64,000 nucleotides of DNA from Camelus ferus (taxonomy: Eukaryota), in the NCBI RefSeq assembly GCF_009834535.1, contig NC_045697.1, positions 101,496,001 through 101,560,000 on the forward strand, written 5' to 3'. The notes under the pieces were generated by a model that saw only the letters and a list, made by a program, of their open reading frames with translations, did no database searches and had not been told where the DNA came from. Each line of letters opens with the position of its first letter. The first letter of the stretch is position 1. Below are positions 13,945-26,479 of this stretch, piece after piece. A program made the position numbers and the translations under genes.

Positions 13945-14110
13945 AATTTAGAGTTAGGAAAAAATTTATAGATTATTGATTCCAACTTTCCATTTTATAG
14001 AAATTAAGGTCCAGAAGATGTGTACAGTATACCTAAGGCTACACGAGTAAGCCAGTTTCATTTGGTTCCAAATCCAGACTTGTTCCTGTTCTCCATGGCA
14101 ATGCTGTGCT
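13945..14110 (-). mobile_element. MIR fragment
   Basis: ttccattttatagaaattaaggtccagaag...cctaaggctacac, a decayed MIR core. Confidence 0.5.
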
Positions 14111-16014
14111 TTATATTGCAGACTCTTGTTCACTGTCTGGATACTAATCTCCTAGAAGCGAGAGTCCATACCTAAATGTAGACTCAATCTAGCACTGAGA
14201 CATGCTTTCCACCTACAAAAAACAACTGGTGCATGCCAAGACCAGCTAAAGATACTGGAGGTAGAGCTTTCCATTCCTCATTGTTTATTTGCAGCCATAT
14301 GCATTACTGACATGGCTTCACACATCCAAAAAGTGCAAATTCACACTTTTTTCTTCATATGAATCTAATTACAACGTTCTCCATTCATTGGTGGAGTCAA
14401 CTGTCCACTAATTAACCTTGGCATCTGCTACATAATCTTTCTTACAATGAAATGTGCAGGGATTATTGTTTAATTAGATTCTATAATTGAAACAAATGAA
14501 AAATGAGCTAAGAATTCTAGAGTCAGCAAAGCTGTAATTTTTTAATTTGCCTTTTTTCCCTCAAAATATACCATTCTTTTTCAAAATACTATGAATAGCT
14601 TTTGAAAATAAGATCTACATTTCTGAAACACAGATAGGTCATTCATCAAAAGACAGACAAATGGCACATAAATGCATAAACCCAAATACAAATCCAGGAC
14701 GACTTTCTCGTGACAAAAGCTATTATTATAGATTTGAGCATGGTGGTAAGATCCATTGTCTCTAACAAAAGAAAAGAGAAATTACCCAAGTTGTCATGGG
14801 TACGTTACTTCTCACTCTCATTTTTACCCTTCACATTCTGATTATTATTTGATGATGTAGTGTTGTTCCATTATTTTTTCCAAGACCCCAATATATTTCT
14901 TTTGCCTTTCTTTCACTTAAATTTTCTTTGCAAAGATGCTGGTTTCATTCTGCTCACTGCACATACTTCAGAAACCTCATTCTTTTTCCAACAAAGCTAT
15001 TGGTTCATGTTCAATCTTTAAATGCAGCCACATATGTGTATGCAAGTCAGAGCAAACCAGTTCTTCATATTTTCCATAGTTATCAGCTTCTTTTATAACT
15101 GCTTAAGCTCTGCTACCAATTTGCATAAGAGTCTTAAAAACTGCCAGCTAATTCCGTAAGAATTTATTTTATTTCTTTAAGAGAGGAAAGTAGCAGTCAA
15201 CGTTTTAATGAAATGGAAATATAGGGTCTTTCCCTCACCATTAAGCTACAAGGAGTTTGATTGGCTAGTGAAGTTTCTGATTTTACTGTTTTCAAGTGTA
15301 ATTACATGATTGGGTGCTCACTATTTCAGTGTTAAAAATAAGGGAAAGTGAAAAAAATAAGTCAGCTTATCAAAGCTCCAGGAAGCAAGATAACACGAAA
15401 GCTATATTTCTGTAGTTGATAGAAGATATTTATCTTTAAGTTTGAATCCTTAAAGATTCAGAGCTTGAATACAGTTTGTACTTATCATATTGAGTGATGA
15501 GGCAGAAGGACATTAAGGTTTGACTGTTATAACAGATCTGCGATGCTAGAGCAGAGCCTTTGTTAAATATCTGCTTTTAAAAACAACCACCAGTGAAAAA
15601 AAATATTAAACATTTTCTCAGTCTATGCTTCATTTTAGTCTAGATCTACAGTAACAAAGTCAAGTGGAATGTTGAAATAGCCAGTTACATCAAGACATAA
15701 TTCTATCATGACAATAAAAGAAGACCTGGGAGACTGAATTTCCTACATGGATTTAGATTTTCAACACAAACTATGTAATTTCTTAGCTCTCCAATCTGAA
15801 GACATAGGTGGTGAAATAATCTGCTTGACTTTCTTACTGGCACATCCCTCCAAAACTCAAACCTAAGGATGCTAAGCCCTTTCCTTTCAGTGTCTTCCTA
15901 CTCTAGACTGTGGATTTAAAAAAATAGTATCATTCCTATTTGCGAAGAACTAAAGCATCTCTACATTAGATTATTAGCCCAAAATCAAGGTAACCTTTCC
16001 TTAGCCATTCATCA

Positions 16015-16160
16015 GAATATAAATTTTGAGACCAGGGATTTTTTTTCCTGTCTTGCTTAACCTTGTGTATTCTGCTCTAATTTTTGCCACATAATGGGTG
16101 CTCTATAAATATACATTGAAAGAGTGAAAATGAAAGAACAAATAAATGAAAGAACTAATG
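16015..16160 (+). mobile_element. L2 3' end
   Basis: tgagaccagggatt...gccacataatgggtgctctataaatatacattgaa followed by a tgaa-type tail. Confidence 0.55.
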
Positions 16161-16850
16161 GATTCTCTGGTGTCCTAGCTCTAAGCATCATGCCCTTCTT
16201 GTAACTGGATTCAAATTAGTGAATCGCCTGATATTTCTGAGGTCTTGCCTTGCTCTGCAGTGGTCCTAGGTGTAAGAGCACTGTTTCTGAACTATGGTCC
16301 CATGGTTGGTTCTTCCCTCAACTGCTTCTTTATCTCCTTTGTGCCAAACAAATCTTGATTTTCCTCCTATTGTCTATTCTGGACTTCATGACGCCATGTT
16401 CCACACGTCTGCTAGGACACTCACACATATGAATTTTCTGTGCATCCCTAATCCAGGACTTGTCTCTGCTCTCCAGCCACCATGCTCTAATATTCTTGGT
16501 AGTGGAGACCAAAAAAAAAGTTGTCAAGCTTATAGGTGATAATGAACAATTTTGTGCTAGAGTGTTTGAAAAGCAAACATGTTTTTATTTTTTTAAGAAT
16601 ACCTACACGTCATTGAATGTTGCAAATGATTAGTAGTTTGGTGTTTATCTTTCTGCTTTTTTCTGTTCTATAAATATCACAAAAGGCAGAAAGAAGAATG
16701 ATGATGACCAATTTGTAATTAAGACAGCTTGACAGAGGGTCAGGGGGTAGGTGGTGTAAGAACAGGGTTACTCTCAGCTGATCAGTTGCAACCCTATGTT
16801 TATTATCTCCAGAGAAGATTTGAGTCATGGTGCTGACCCTTGGGCAAACT

Positions 16851-16903
16851 TGAATGAAATGTACCAACTAGTGATGAATGAAATGTACCAACTAGTGATG
16901 AAT
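16851..16903 (+). repeat. Perfect 24-bp tandem duplication (tgaatgaaatgtaccaactagtga) x2 plus 5 bp
   Basis: 16851-16874 is identical to 16875-16898. Confidence 0.95.
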
Positions 16904-17320
16904 ATAGTCCTGAGCTAGGGTCCAAGAAAGACCAGGGGCAACCTGTGCCAGCTTATCATGTCTATAAGTAAACATACAGATGGATGGTTTGCATCTGGTT
17001 TCTGGGTATTTTCTTGGTTTCTGTTATTAAGCCTCTTCAGAAAGCCTGATTTGAGCTACATGGCCAGAGGAGTATAAAAGACATCTCTTCACTTGGAACT
17101 CTGATTTCTTTGAGATCAAGGCAACCTATCTTTTGTGACTGAGAAAGGAACCTGGGAGCTGGCCAGAAAGTCTTTTACCTCTGTGATATTTGTGCTTTTT
17201 CCTCCTGCTGTACCATATCCTTCAGCTTTCTTTAAGCTTAAGTGAATATACTATGGAGAATTTTGTAGGTCCTTTTAATTATCCAACCCTGTGAAAACTG
17301 ATGCAGTGGACGTAAATCAA

Positions 17321-17324
<4 letters not shown>

Positions 17325-17350
<26 letters not shown>
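17325..17350 (+). repeat. (TG)13 microsatellite
   Basis: Direct reading. Confidence 0.95.
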
Positions 17351-17351
<1 letters not shown>

Positions 17352-18765
17352 TCCTTCTCTCAACATATTTCTTTGTGATAGTGATTTCAGTAGCAGATCA
17401 TGTTGACCAAGTTTTCAGGTCAAGCATGATGCATCTTGATGGAATAAATGGCCTCGAAATGCCAAACTAATTTGACTTTCTGTTTCTTTGTGGGGTAGAC
17501 TCACAACCATAGATAGCTTTTAGTCATTGTATCACAAAGTGTTGACCACGGTTTTCAATAATAATAAAGTATATTTAACAATACACAGCTCAGTAAAATA
17601 GCACGCCTAGGGATAAATATTAAAAAGTACATTTTTGTGTCATGAGTCTATTTTTAAAACATAATTTACTTTGTTTTTATTTTATCTTTTTTTGTTTTGT
17701 AATTTTGCGTAGGTTTTAAATGTACATAAAATTTTGGAAGAGAAGTAAGTGTATAAAATTTATCATTAATAGATAAACATTTATAGCCAGGATTTTACTG
17801 GAATGAGTGTATAATTAAGAGTATGGAAACCACTATTCTATTCTAATCCAACACCTATCTAATTGTGGTCTTCTAAATGCCTCTACGAATTACCAAATGA
17901 TCTACAGGTGATTTGGTGATTCCAAAGGAAAAATCATGTTTATTTGTATATATTTCACAAAGATTAGATGTAATATTACCTATGAATTCCAAGAGAATTC
18001 CTTTAAATTCCTATTTGTTGACAAGAAGTTCTAAAGTTCTTATCAATCATTATAGCATTAAGTGTGCCTGTACACTACAAAGGTTATACTGATTGGTCAC
18101 CATAGCTAACATCCAGGTAACAGATTGTAGCTCATCTCAACTAACACGTTTTCACATCATTTGTGTGCTTACTACTTACATTTGTTATCATTGGGTTTTT
18201 TATTGTTTCTGTTGCACTTTATCTTAACTATTGTCTAATGTCAAGTTGCTAAGTCCCAAAAGCAGAGAATATGGTTTAGGTTTAGTTTATTGAAGCACAA
18301 TAGAACTAAAGAAAATATTAATCTAAATATTGTAACAGAATAATATCATAAACATATATAATGAATATGACCGTGGAGCAAATGCAAAATAGGCTAGGAA
18401 GATTATATCTTCAGTTACAGTTACTTTGCATAAGCCATAATACTGGACTTGTGATCGAATTCCTTCTAGTCCCCATGGCAGTTCAAATATAAAACATTGT
18501 CAAGGCTTCTATTTCATTTCCAAACAAAGCAAAATGATCTCTTTTGTAAGCCAACTGTGTTTTTTTTTTTCAGAATAATTACAAAATAATGTTTCTGGGA
18601 AAAACATTTGGTGATAGTTATTACTAAAGAGGTAGAAGAGACAAAAATACAGAAGCATTATACATTACTGCACACCTTCTTGCAAAAATACAGAAATCAT
18701 AGTGTTGACCAGAAGTCTCTAAAGTTAATGAAAAATACTGTGCTAAAAAGAAAACAGCACCTATC

Positions 18766-19128
18766 TGTCTTAATCAATTCATACTGCTACAACAGCACAC
18801 CATAGACTGTGGTTTAAACAACACACATTATCTCTCACAGTTCTGAAGCCTGGAGGTTCAAAATCAGGGTGCCGGCATGGTTGGATTTTTGGTGAAGGCT
18901 CCCTTCCTGGTTTATAAATGGTGGCTGTCTTCTCACTGTATCTTTATATGGCAGAGAGAGTCTCCTACTCTTCTTATGAGGACACTAATGCTATCATGGA
19001 GGCTCTACCTTGATGACCTCATCTAGGCTTAACCACCTCCCAAAGGCCCTACATCCAAATACCATTACATTGGGCATTAAGGTTTCAGCACATGAACTTG
19101 GGGTGACGTAAACATGTAGTTCATAACA
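18766..19128 (-). mobile_element. MaLR solo LTR (MLT1A-like)
   Basis: tgtcttaatc...accatagactgtggtttaaacaac...ctcacagttctgaagcctggaggttcaaaatcagggtgccggcatgg...gttcataaca, with TG...CA ends. Confidence 0.85.
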
Positions 19129-19589
19129 GTGTCACTGGCAAAATTCGTCTTATCTAGTGAACGTGTTGTATGTCACCTAATATTAATGGCACAAAATGTA
19201 GAATTACAAATATGCGTGGATCCTACCAGCTACTTCACTTTACTGATGACAGCACTGCTGTACGGTACGAATCAGTTCTTGTAATAAGCACGGTAGACAT
19301 ATGAAGGGAAAAGGATGATTCCTTTTTAATATTTATCACTAAAATTTCATCCTACAGGAGGAAAGGCCTTTTTAAAAATTTTAGCACCAATTTTTTTGAG
19401 CCATGATACAGCTAGAAGTGGTGTATTGGATGAAGTACTTAAGTAGCACTCACTAGCTATGCAGCAAGAAAGGGTGTTATGAAATAAGTTTCTGCACCAA
19501 AATATCAAACACCTTGCTTTGTCAATACAAAAAATAAGTAATTTGTGGTTGGTTCACTGTTGCAGGAAATGGTGATAATTTTGAATATA

Positions 19590-19930
19590 ATCAGGTCAAA
19601 GTTCTTTTCTTACAGAAAACCGGACCAATTTCTGGCTGACTTAAATATAAATAAACTTGTGGGAATGGTAACAGGAGCTCACAGAATTGATGGCAGGCCA
19701 GAGAGAGAAACAGGTTTGGGGATGAACAGGAATGAAATCAGCCCCAGAGGCTAAGACTCAGGAAGCCCAACAACGGTGGTGTATCAGAGCCACGCGGGTA
19801 AAAGCAAGAGTTAGCACAGGGAGCCGGCTGTTTAACTTCCCCTTCCCCTCTGCATTGGGTTCAAATTCTCCACCTTGAACAGTAGAGGAAAGGGCCCCTG
19901 ATAAAAGTCCCACCAGATTAAAATCAGTAG
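19590..19930 (-). mobile_element. Old MaLR-like LTR fragment
   Basis: acagaaaaccggaccaatttctggctgacttaa...ggagctcacagaattgatgg resembles an antisense MLT1K/L-type LTR. Confidence 0.4.
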
Positions 19931-21077
19931 ACAAAGCATAACCAATATCCAATACACAGGAACTCTGAGAACTTTATTTTCAGCGTGCTATATAAAGAGA
20001 TGGTCAGCCAGGACAAGAGATGCTTCTCCACGTGCAGTGTACTCTCTAAAAAGGAAGCAGGCCACATTTTAAATGAGAAATTTCGGTTATGTAAGAGAGA
20101 CCATTTCTCTACTTCCTCAGCTGACATGTTTTTAGGGATATATCCAGTATTTTGAAACAGATCAAAATATTGCTATTGTTAAAAACAAGATATCAGGCCC
20201 TCTTTAGAAAACCAAACTGTGATACAAATGGCTTATCTCCAAGAGTTTAACATTATAAGAGCTGATGATTTTCTTCACACCTACAGACAAAAAACTGATG
20301 GTATATTTTATAAGTTAAGTTATAAAGCTTATTTCATTACCATGTGTAAACTCTGAAATGGAACAGAGTTAAAGGAAACTCCAGAATGAACTTAAAGGGC
20401 CACTGTCCTCTACCTCTCAGTATGAAACCTTCATGAGCTCTTCCGGCTTCTGTGTGCAATCTGTTTCTCACTTTATAGCTGATGGGAGAGTGCTAAATGC
20501 TGTCTTCGGTATGAAAACTCCGTAATATCACTAGATGGATATTTGGCCTGAACATCCAGAACTATTGGCCAGTTCACCAAATCTCTGCAAGGTGGGGTTT
20601 TCTAGGTAAATAAAGAGAAAGAAAAGAAAGAATTTGACCAGTAACTCAAACTATCCATCACCAGATGGAACTAGATGTTTTTATTCTGCAGAAAGTTAAA
20701 GCAATATGATCTCACTGAGATTAGAAATTCTGTATTTTACGTTTAATTTGTCTAGTTTTTAATATTTTAATTTAACTTAAAATTTTTTTTAACTTGTCAA
20801 AAGTTGATGGGCTTAACCTTCCCCTGTTGAAATGCCCCCTAAGTCTACACAGATGCCACAACTTGAGGAATATCCCACCAGTAGCTGTTTGACTGTACCT
20901 GTAACCCTTGAGCATGTTAATCTTTGCCCAAAGTTCAAAATCAGGAGAGCTACAACGAATAGCACTTAACATGGATTGTGAGCATGAAGACATTTCATAA
21001 CAATTATAGGTGGCTAAATCTAAGAACTTAGGCAATCCAAGCTCTCTTTTTGGAAATCTACCCTAGAAAATAAAATG

Positions 21078-21185
21078 ATAAAAAATAGACAAGCAACAAG
21101 GATTTACTGTCCAGTACAGGGAATTATACAAAATATCCTGAAATAACCTATAGTGGAATATAATCTGAAGAAAAAGAAAAGAAAG
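21078..21185 (+). mobile_element. Short L1 3' UTR fragment
   Basis: aatagacaagcaacaaggatttactgtccagtacagggaattatacaaaatatcctgaaataacctata plus an A-rich tail. Confidence 0.75.
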
Positions 21186-21261
21186 TGATAAATTGAGTGA
21201 TTGGCCGGACAATAGGTAGTCTTTTAAAATATGAATGATCATGATTATTTGTCTACTGTAA

Positions 21262-21440
21262 TGAGAGGCAGTGTGGTATAGTAGAAAGTATACAGGATTT
21301 GGAGACAGAAATTGCTTCAGTCTTGACTTTGCTACCAAGTGAACGTTTGCTGCTGAATGACTTACTGCCCTTAATATCTCTAAATCTTACTTAATTCCTC
21401 GGCAAAATGGAAGAAGTTATAATACCCTCATGATACCACC
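21262..21440 (+). mobile_element. MIR
   Basis: gaggcagtgtggtatagtagaaagtatacaggatttggagacaga (MIR head), then cctcggcaaaatgg. Confidence 0.7.
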
Positions 21441-22399
21441 TGAAAAGTAAATAAGGCAGCACCATGTTCATGGTGATCTAAAAATATTGCTGATTTTCTA
21501 CATAATTTTTCAAATCTTTTCTCTACTTAGCCTAAAGAAGTAAGATTAAAAATATGTTTTAATCTTCTGAAAAAGACTAACCTTTTATCTTACCCTCCAG
21601 GGTTAAAATGAAGGGACATAAGCATCATCAGAAATAATAATGTCAAGTAGATATAATGCATCATTCTTATAATATTTCAAGTGTCAAAAATAATGTCTTT
21701 TTTGGCACCAATCCTAGCATCAGCCAGAAATAGTAATGTCAAAACGACCATTGCACTTTTTATCATAGTGCATGCTGTATTTTTAATATTGCCTCCATTT
21801 CAAATTCTTATCAAATTATTGTGAATTAGCTCCAGCAGCATTTAGATTTGCATGAATAGGAATAAGCACATTTCCCCACTACATTATTAAAGGCAAAATA
21901 TGAGATCTTGAGACCTTTATAATTACATAATAAAGTCCTTTTCAGACCTTGAAAAATATCACTCATGTTGAATGAAGTAAAATACACTTGTCTAAAACCA
22001 ATAACCCTTCTAGACTTTTTTTTGTTTCATCAGTGCAGATCTTAATTGAAAAGGCTAATATAAATATAAGCTCACAAAAATAAATAATGACTGGACAAGT
22101 GAACATATTAAGAAAAATGAATTATGCATGTCACAACGGACTTCAATAACAAAAGAATAGCACTTACTGCATAATTTCTTCCTGATCAATAAATGTACCT
22201 CAGGTTATCAAATATTCACACCAAAATCCTAAACCAAAGAACTCATAAACCAACTTCCAAATTCAGCCTCCAAATCAACTCCCCCAAACATAAGATTTAT
22301 GGGTCCCAGGCCATCATCTCCTACCTCCATTTGTCCTTGTAAGTGTTGCCTGCTAGTTGTTTAACTTTAAAACCTCATTCAAGGCAGCAACAGCAAATC

Positions 22400-22799
22400 A
22401 TCAACCAGTATATCTCCTTCTCTTCTCTTTGTAATAAACTCTACAACATTTCTGCTTGGCCAAGTAGCTACATTTCTAGCCTTCCTGAAGCAGGCGTGGC
22501 TATTGACAGTACTGGCTGATGCGATAGGAGCTGAAATGGTGTATGTAATATCCAGGCCATCTCCTGAGAGTCATCACTACCTGTCTGTACTGTTCCTTTG
22601 CCCTTTTCCATTTCCTTAGAAAAAAGAAATGCCCAGGACAAGGTGGGAAGTTCCTGAAAAAGTTACAGATTTCCTATTAGCAGTGGACCACTCACCACTG
22701 CACTCTTACATTGGAAAGCAATAAATATCTTTCTTGATTGAGTTAGTATGTTTGGGGGTTTTTTAGTTGTAGCAGCTTGGCCAGTGTCATAACTAATAA
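22400..22799 (+). mobile_element. MaLR LTR (old MLT1)
   Basis: ctacatttctagccttcctgaagcagg...aataaa...gttgtagcagcttggcc...actaata. Confidence 0.6.
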
Positions 22800-22855
22800 C
22801 CCATCCCATCATCATCTCCACAGGATGAAATAAATGGGTCTCAAAGTTAGAAGCC

Positions 22856-23035
22856 AGTGGTTCTCAAAGTGTGTTCCCAGGGCCAGCTGTATCAGCATTA
22901 CCTTGGATTTTATTAGAAATGAAAATTCTTGGGCCTAACCTAATACATATGGATTCATAAATTCTAGTGGTGAGGTCCAGAAATTTGTGTTTTAACAAGA
23001 TTTCCAGGTGATTCTGGTGTATTTGAGAGCCACAG
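22856..23035. mobile_element. MER5A hAT MITE
   Basis: cagtggttctcaaagtgtgttcccagggccagctgtatcagcattacc...tttgagagccacag, with matching terminal inverted ends. Confidence 0.85.
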
Positions 23036-23884
23036 ATCTAGACTAAGACACACAATGAGGCTTACAGCCTGCAGTCTTACTCAGGGAACCCACAGAACAT
23101 TGGTGAAGAAATATTCTGTGTTGAAAGATGAATGACCAAACCCTGAAAAAAAGATGGCTGAAAGAAGGGACTTCCCAGACCTCAGTTCAACTCCCCAGGT
23201 TACAGTGGCATCACTCAAAGAGTCACAGAAAGAAGGAAAGGAGAAGCTCTACTGTGAGCATGTAAAGGGGGCCTGGAGGTCCTGGGAGGTTAAAATTTGA
23301 TGGAAAGGTGATGACACTCTAATAGGCAAAACATGTTGCCCAGAAACTCAGACACAAAATGGTCCATGGTCTGCTTCTGGCAAATAAGTGGTAAATTTCT
23401 GAATGAATGTTCTTAAATATTGTTCATCTTTGAATCCCAGTCAGAGCCACCTCAAAGAAAAATGTTTGAATGGGAAGACCTAGAGCTAACCAGATGCAGG
23501 TGAGACGGGTTGCAGGTCACTCTCCTCTCCCACCAGCAGGGCACTGGAGGTCCAGGACTTCCCTCTACAACAGAGCCCTCTCTCTTTTAGCTGTTTATTG
23601 GTGTTTCCTGGGGAATGCCCTGGCAGAGCCTTGGGAGCTTGCTGAATGGACCCCCTAGCCTCACATCAAAGCAGCACACTTCGTTCCCATCCATCCACTT
23701 TCTGGACAGCAAAATAATGACTCTATCTTGTTGGACTTGTGGCTGGTGAGGAAACAGAGCAGTATATTTTCCTCACTCCAATTCTGAGGATGATCCTCAC
23801 TCTTCCGACCCTTCTGGAAGGCTTCAGCCTGACCTCAGAATACAGCAAATATAAGAACTTGGACATTAATTTGTTCCTTTGCTT

Positions 23885-24290
23885 TTCACTCCATCATTTA
23901 ACATCCATCAAGTACTTATTTCATGCTCAGTACTGTGTTAGGCACTGAGGAGCCACATTCTTAGGCTTTTTAAATTTTAATCTGGGAGGACATAATTCAC
24001 TGTATTAAAAGTGTCATGGACAAAAGGAAAAGATCCAGGAGAAGTCTAAGCTGGGTCAGAAAGGTAGACTTGGTATTTACAAGAAAGAGAAGAAAAGAGG
24101 GCAGTCCAAGCAGAGAGCGCAGCATGAACATAACAGGCTGGAATGTGTCCTGTATATCAGTTGAAGAGCAGAGTCCAGTGTGGTTAAAAGCACCGAGGGC
24201 ATGGAGTTCAGGGGTGGGGGCACTGAGGACTAAAGGGTCAGCTGGGGCTCCATTTGTGGAGGTGGCTTCATCAGAATGGAAAATATTCTA
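23885..24290 (-). mobile_element. L2 fragment
   Basis: catcaagtacttatt...tactgtgttaggcactgagg and agcagagagcgcagcatgaac, antisense L2 3' region. Confidence 0.6.
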
Positions 24291-24335
24291 GAGTCCCCCA
24301 CCAGGTACCAGGGAATACCCCAGCCTGATTTCCTT

Positions 24336-24823
24336 TGTCAACTGAAAAAAATGCACATTGTGAGAGCTGTGAGTTAAGTTTTATTGGGGGCAAAATGAAG
24401 ACTGTAGCCCAAGAGACAGCATTTCAGACAGCTCTGAGGAACTGCCCCAAAGAGGTAAGGGGGGAGGTCAGCATATTTGTGATTTTGGTGAAGGGGTTAC
24501 ATGCAATCAGCACACATTTTTGCAGAAGGTTGCTGCTAGTCTTGTGAGATTACTGCTAGTCTTGAGGAGCAGATGTCTCCATTAATAACTTTAGTGTTTT
24601 TCTAGATATAAAGAGATGTAAGAATTTGGGCTCATAAAAGCTTCTCCTGAAAATGTCTAACTATCTGAAGGCCTGTTCTGCCAGTTTTTCCCAGAGCACA
24701 CAGTGCCACATTCCTGATCTCTGTCCTGAACTCTTTTCCAGGTGTGTTGTAGGTCAGTGGCTTCAGTGACTCATGATCTAACCCTTGTAGAGGCAGATGG
24801 CAAGTGTCAATTTTTAGCTGGCA
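24336..24823 (-). mobile_element. ERV1-class solo LTR (MER41-like by resemblance)
   Basis: TG...CA ends with imperfect inverted termini (tgtcaactgaaaa vs tttttagctggca). Perfect 4-bp TSD cctt at 24332-24335 and 24824-24827. ttttatt near the left end is a polyA signal on the minus strand. Confidence 0.85.
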
Positions 24824-25075
24824 CCTTACACATTAAATAGAGTCAACTCCCTACCCACCCATCCTAAACCATCTCTGCCTTCTACGTCTGTAGGAACCAT
24901 GTGATTCAAGGCATTTTCCTGGTAACTCTGAGGAGGGAGCAATCATACTATGTCTGGTAAAGCCTGAATCTTTCAATCCTGAGGGCTAGAGGCCACAAGA
25001 TGCCAGGAGCTTCTGAGCAAATAGCAAAGGTTGAAATAGCAAACAAATTTCCTTTGTCTATCTTGAAAATGTTTA

Positions 25076-25295
25076 CAGTCAACCCCTGAACAACTCTGGG
25101 GTTAGAGGCACAAATCCCCCCAACCACCCAATCAAAATCCACACATAACTTTACAGTTGGCCCTCCTAATCAGTGGCTCTGCATCCATAGGTTCAACAAA
25201 ACTAGATGATGTAGTACTGCAGGACAAATTTATTTTAAAAATCTGCATATAAGTGGGCCCATGCAGTCCAAACCCGTGTTGTTCAAAAGTCACTG
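25076..25295. mobile_element. MER8-like Tigger MITE
   Basis: TA-cagtcaacccctgaacaac...gtgttgttcaaaagtcactg-TA: terminal inverted repeats with TA TSDs. Confidence 0.85.
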
Positions 25296-25799
25296 TACTC
25301 CACTCTCCTAGCATTCAATGTGAGTGGCTAGTGAAATGCTCAGATTATGAAAATTTCGGCTGGGAGAACGGAGTGTTCTGTGACCTTTTTGCATATTGCT
25401 AAAAAAAAATGTGTACATCATTGGCTTCAGCTTCTGGAAATGAAGTGGGTTAGAATCTCTGAGAGCTCTTCTACTACAGTACAACTAGATCCCAGATAAA
25501 CACTATAATGCATGGCTGGGTACAGACAGGAAGTTCAAACTATTGGGAAAGAGTGAAATAAAGTTAGAAAGATCAGGAACAAGAAAACACAAAACCAGTT
25601 GTTACTCTGGGAAGATTTGTTCCAGTTCTGGGACAGGAATCTAGTTTGGGGCTCCCCCTTGAGGTGGTGAAGCTAAATCAGAGAGGTCCACTTGGTTGCT
25701 CAAATGGGGCTCAGGTGGCCCCATGTTAAAATCATCACAGTGGTTCCAAGCTAACAGATGAAAACCTCTCTGGAAGAAACATAAATTTAGGCCATTAAG

Positions 25800-26020
25800 A
25801 AATAGCACTTCACAACTGCCAGACTGGCAAAACAGTAACCAAAAGAATAATAAAGTCTGATAATACTAAATGTTGATGAGGAAACAATGAGAATTCTTAT
25901 ACAGAAAACAAACAGAGTAATAACTCAAATGTCCATTGAAAGAATGAATTTTCAAGGATATATAATTAGACAATGAGATATCATACAGTAGGGAAGAATC
26001 AAGAACTAAAACTAGAAGCA
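25800..26020 (+). mobile_element. Ancient L1 3' fragment
   Basis: aagtctgataatactaaatgttgatgagga, caaatgtccattg. Confidence 0.5.
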
Positions 26021-26479
26021 GAAAAAGTTCTCTTAATTTCAAGGTAAACTCTTACATCTGATATTAGGCTTGAAAATTTTCTTTAAAAACATGATAGAAA
26101 TTATTTACTGTGGAAATCTCAACTGTATTCTGGAATTGTGTGCACATGTGTTCCCTATAGTATCACTCTGTCCATCCTGAAATCACTAGGTTATTTTTTT
26201 TTCTTTATTAATTCTGTATCTGGAAGGGGAGGATATAGTAGTTCTCAGTAAATATTTGTTGATTTTTAAAATCAAGTCAAATCAACTCTATGTGTAATAT
26301 TAATAGGAGATCTTCTAAGAACTGTGATTACCTGAAAGCTTACACTCCTAACAGTTACCCAAGTACCAGGACCAACATCTCAATGGTTAGTCTCAAAATA
26401 GAGAATTATTTGCTATAACTAAGTGTGCCCAAGACACTAAAGACTCCACACCCATTTATACATATGTCCATGTATTCCT

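Noticed and set aside
16851..16920. C/D-box snoRNA (GTGATGA...CTGA) or CRISPR-like repeat
   Set aside because: Box spacing is too short, there is no terminal stem, and the repeats are directly adjacent without spacers; this is a simple duplication.
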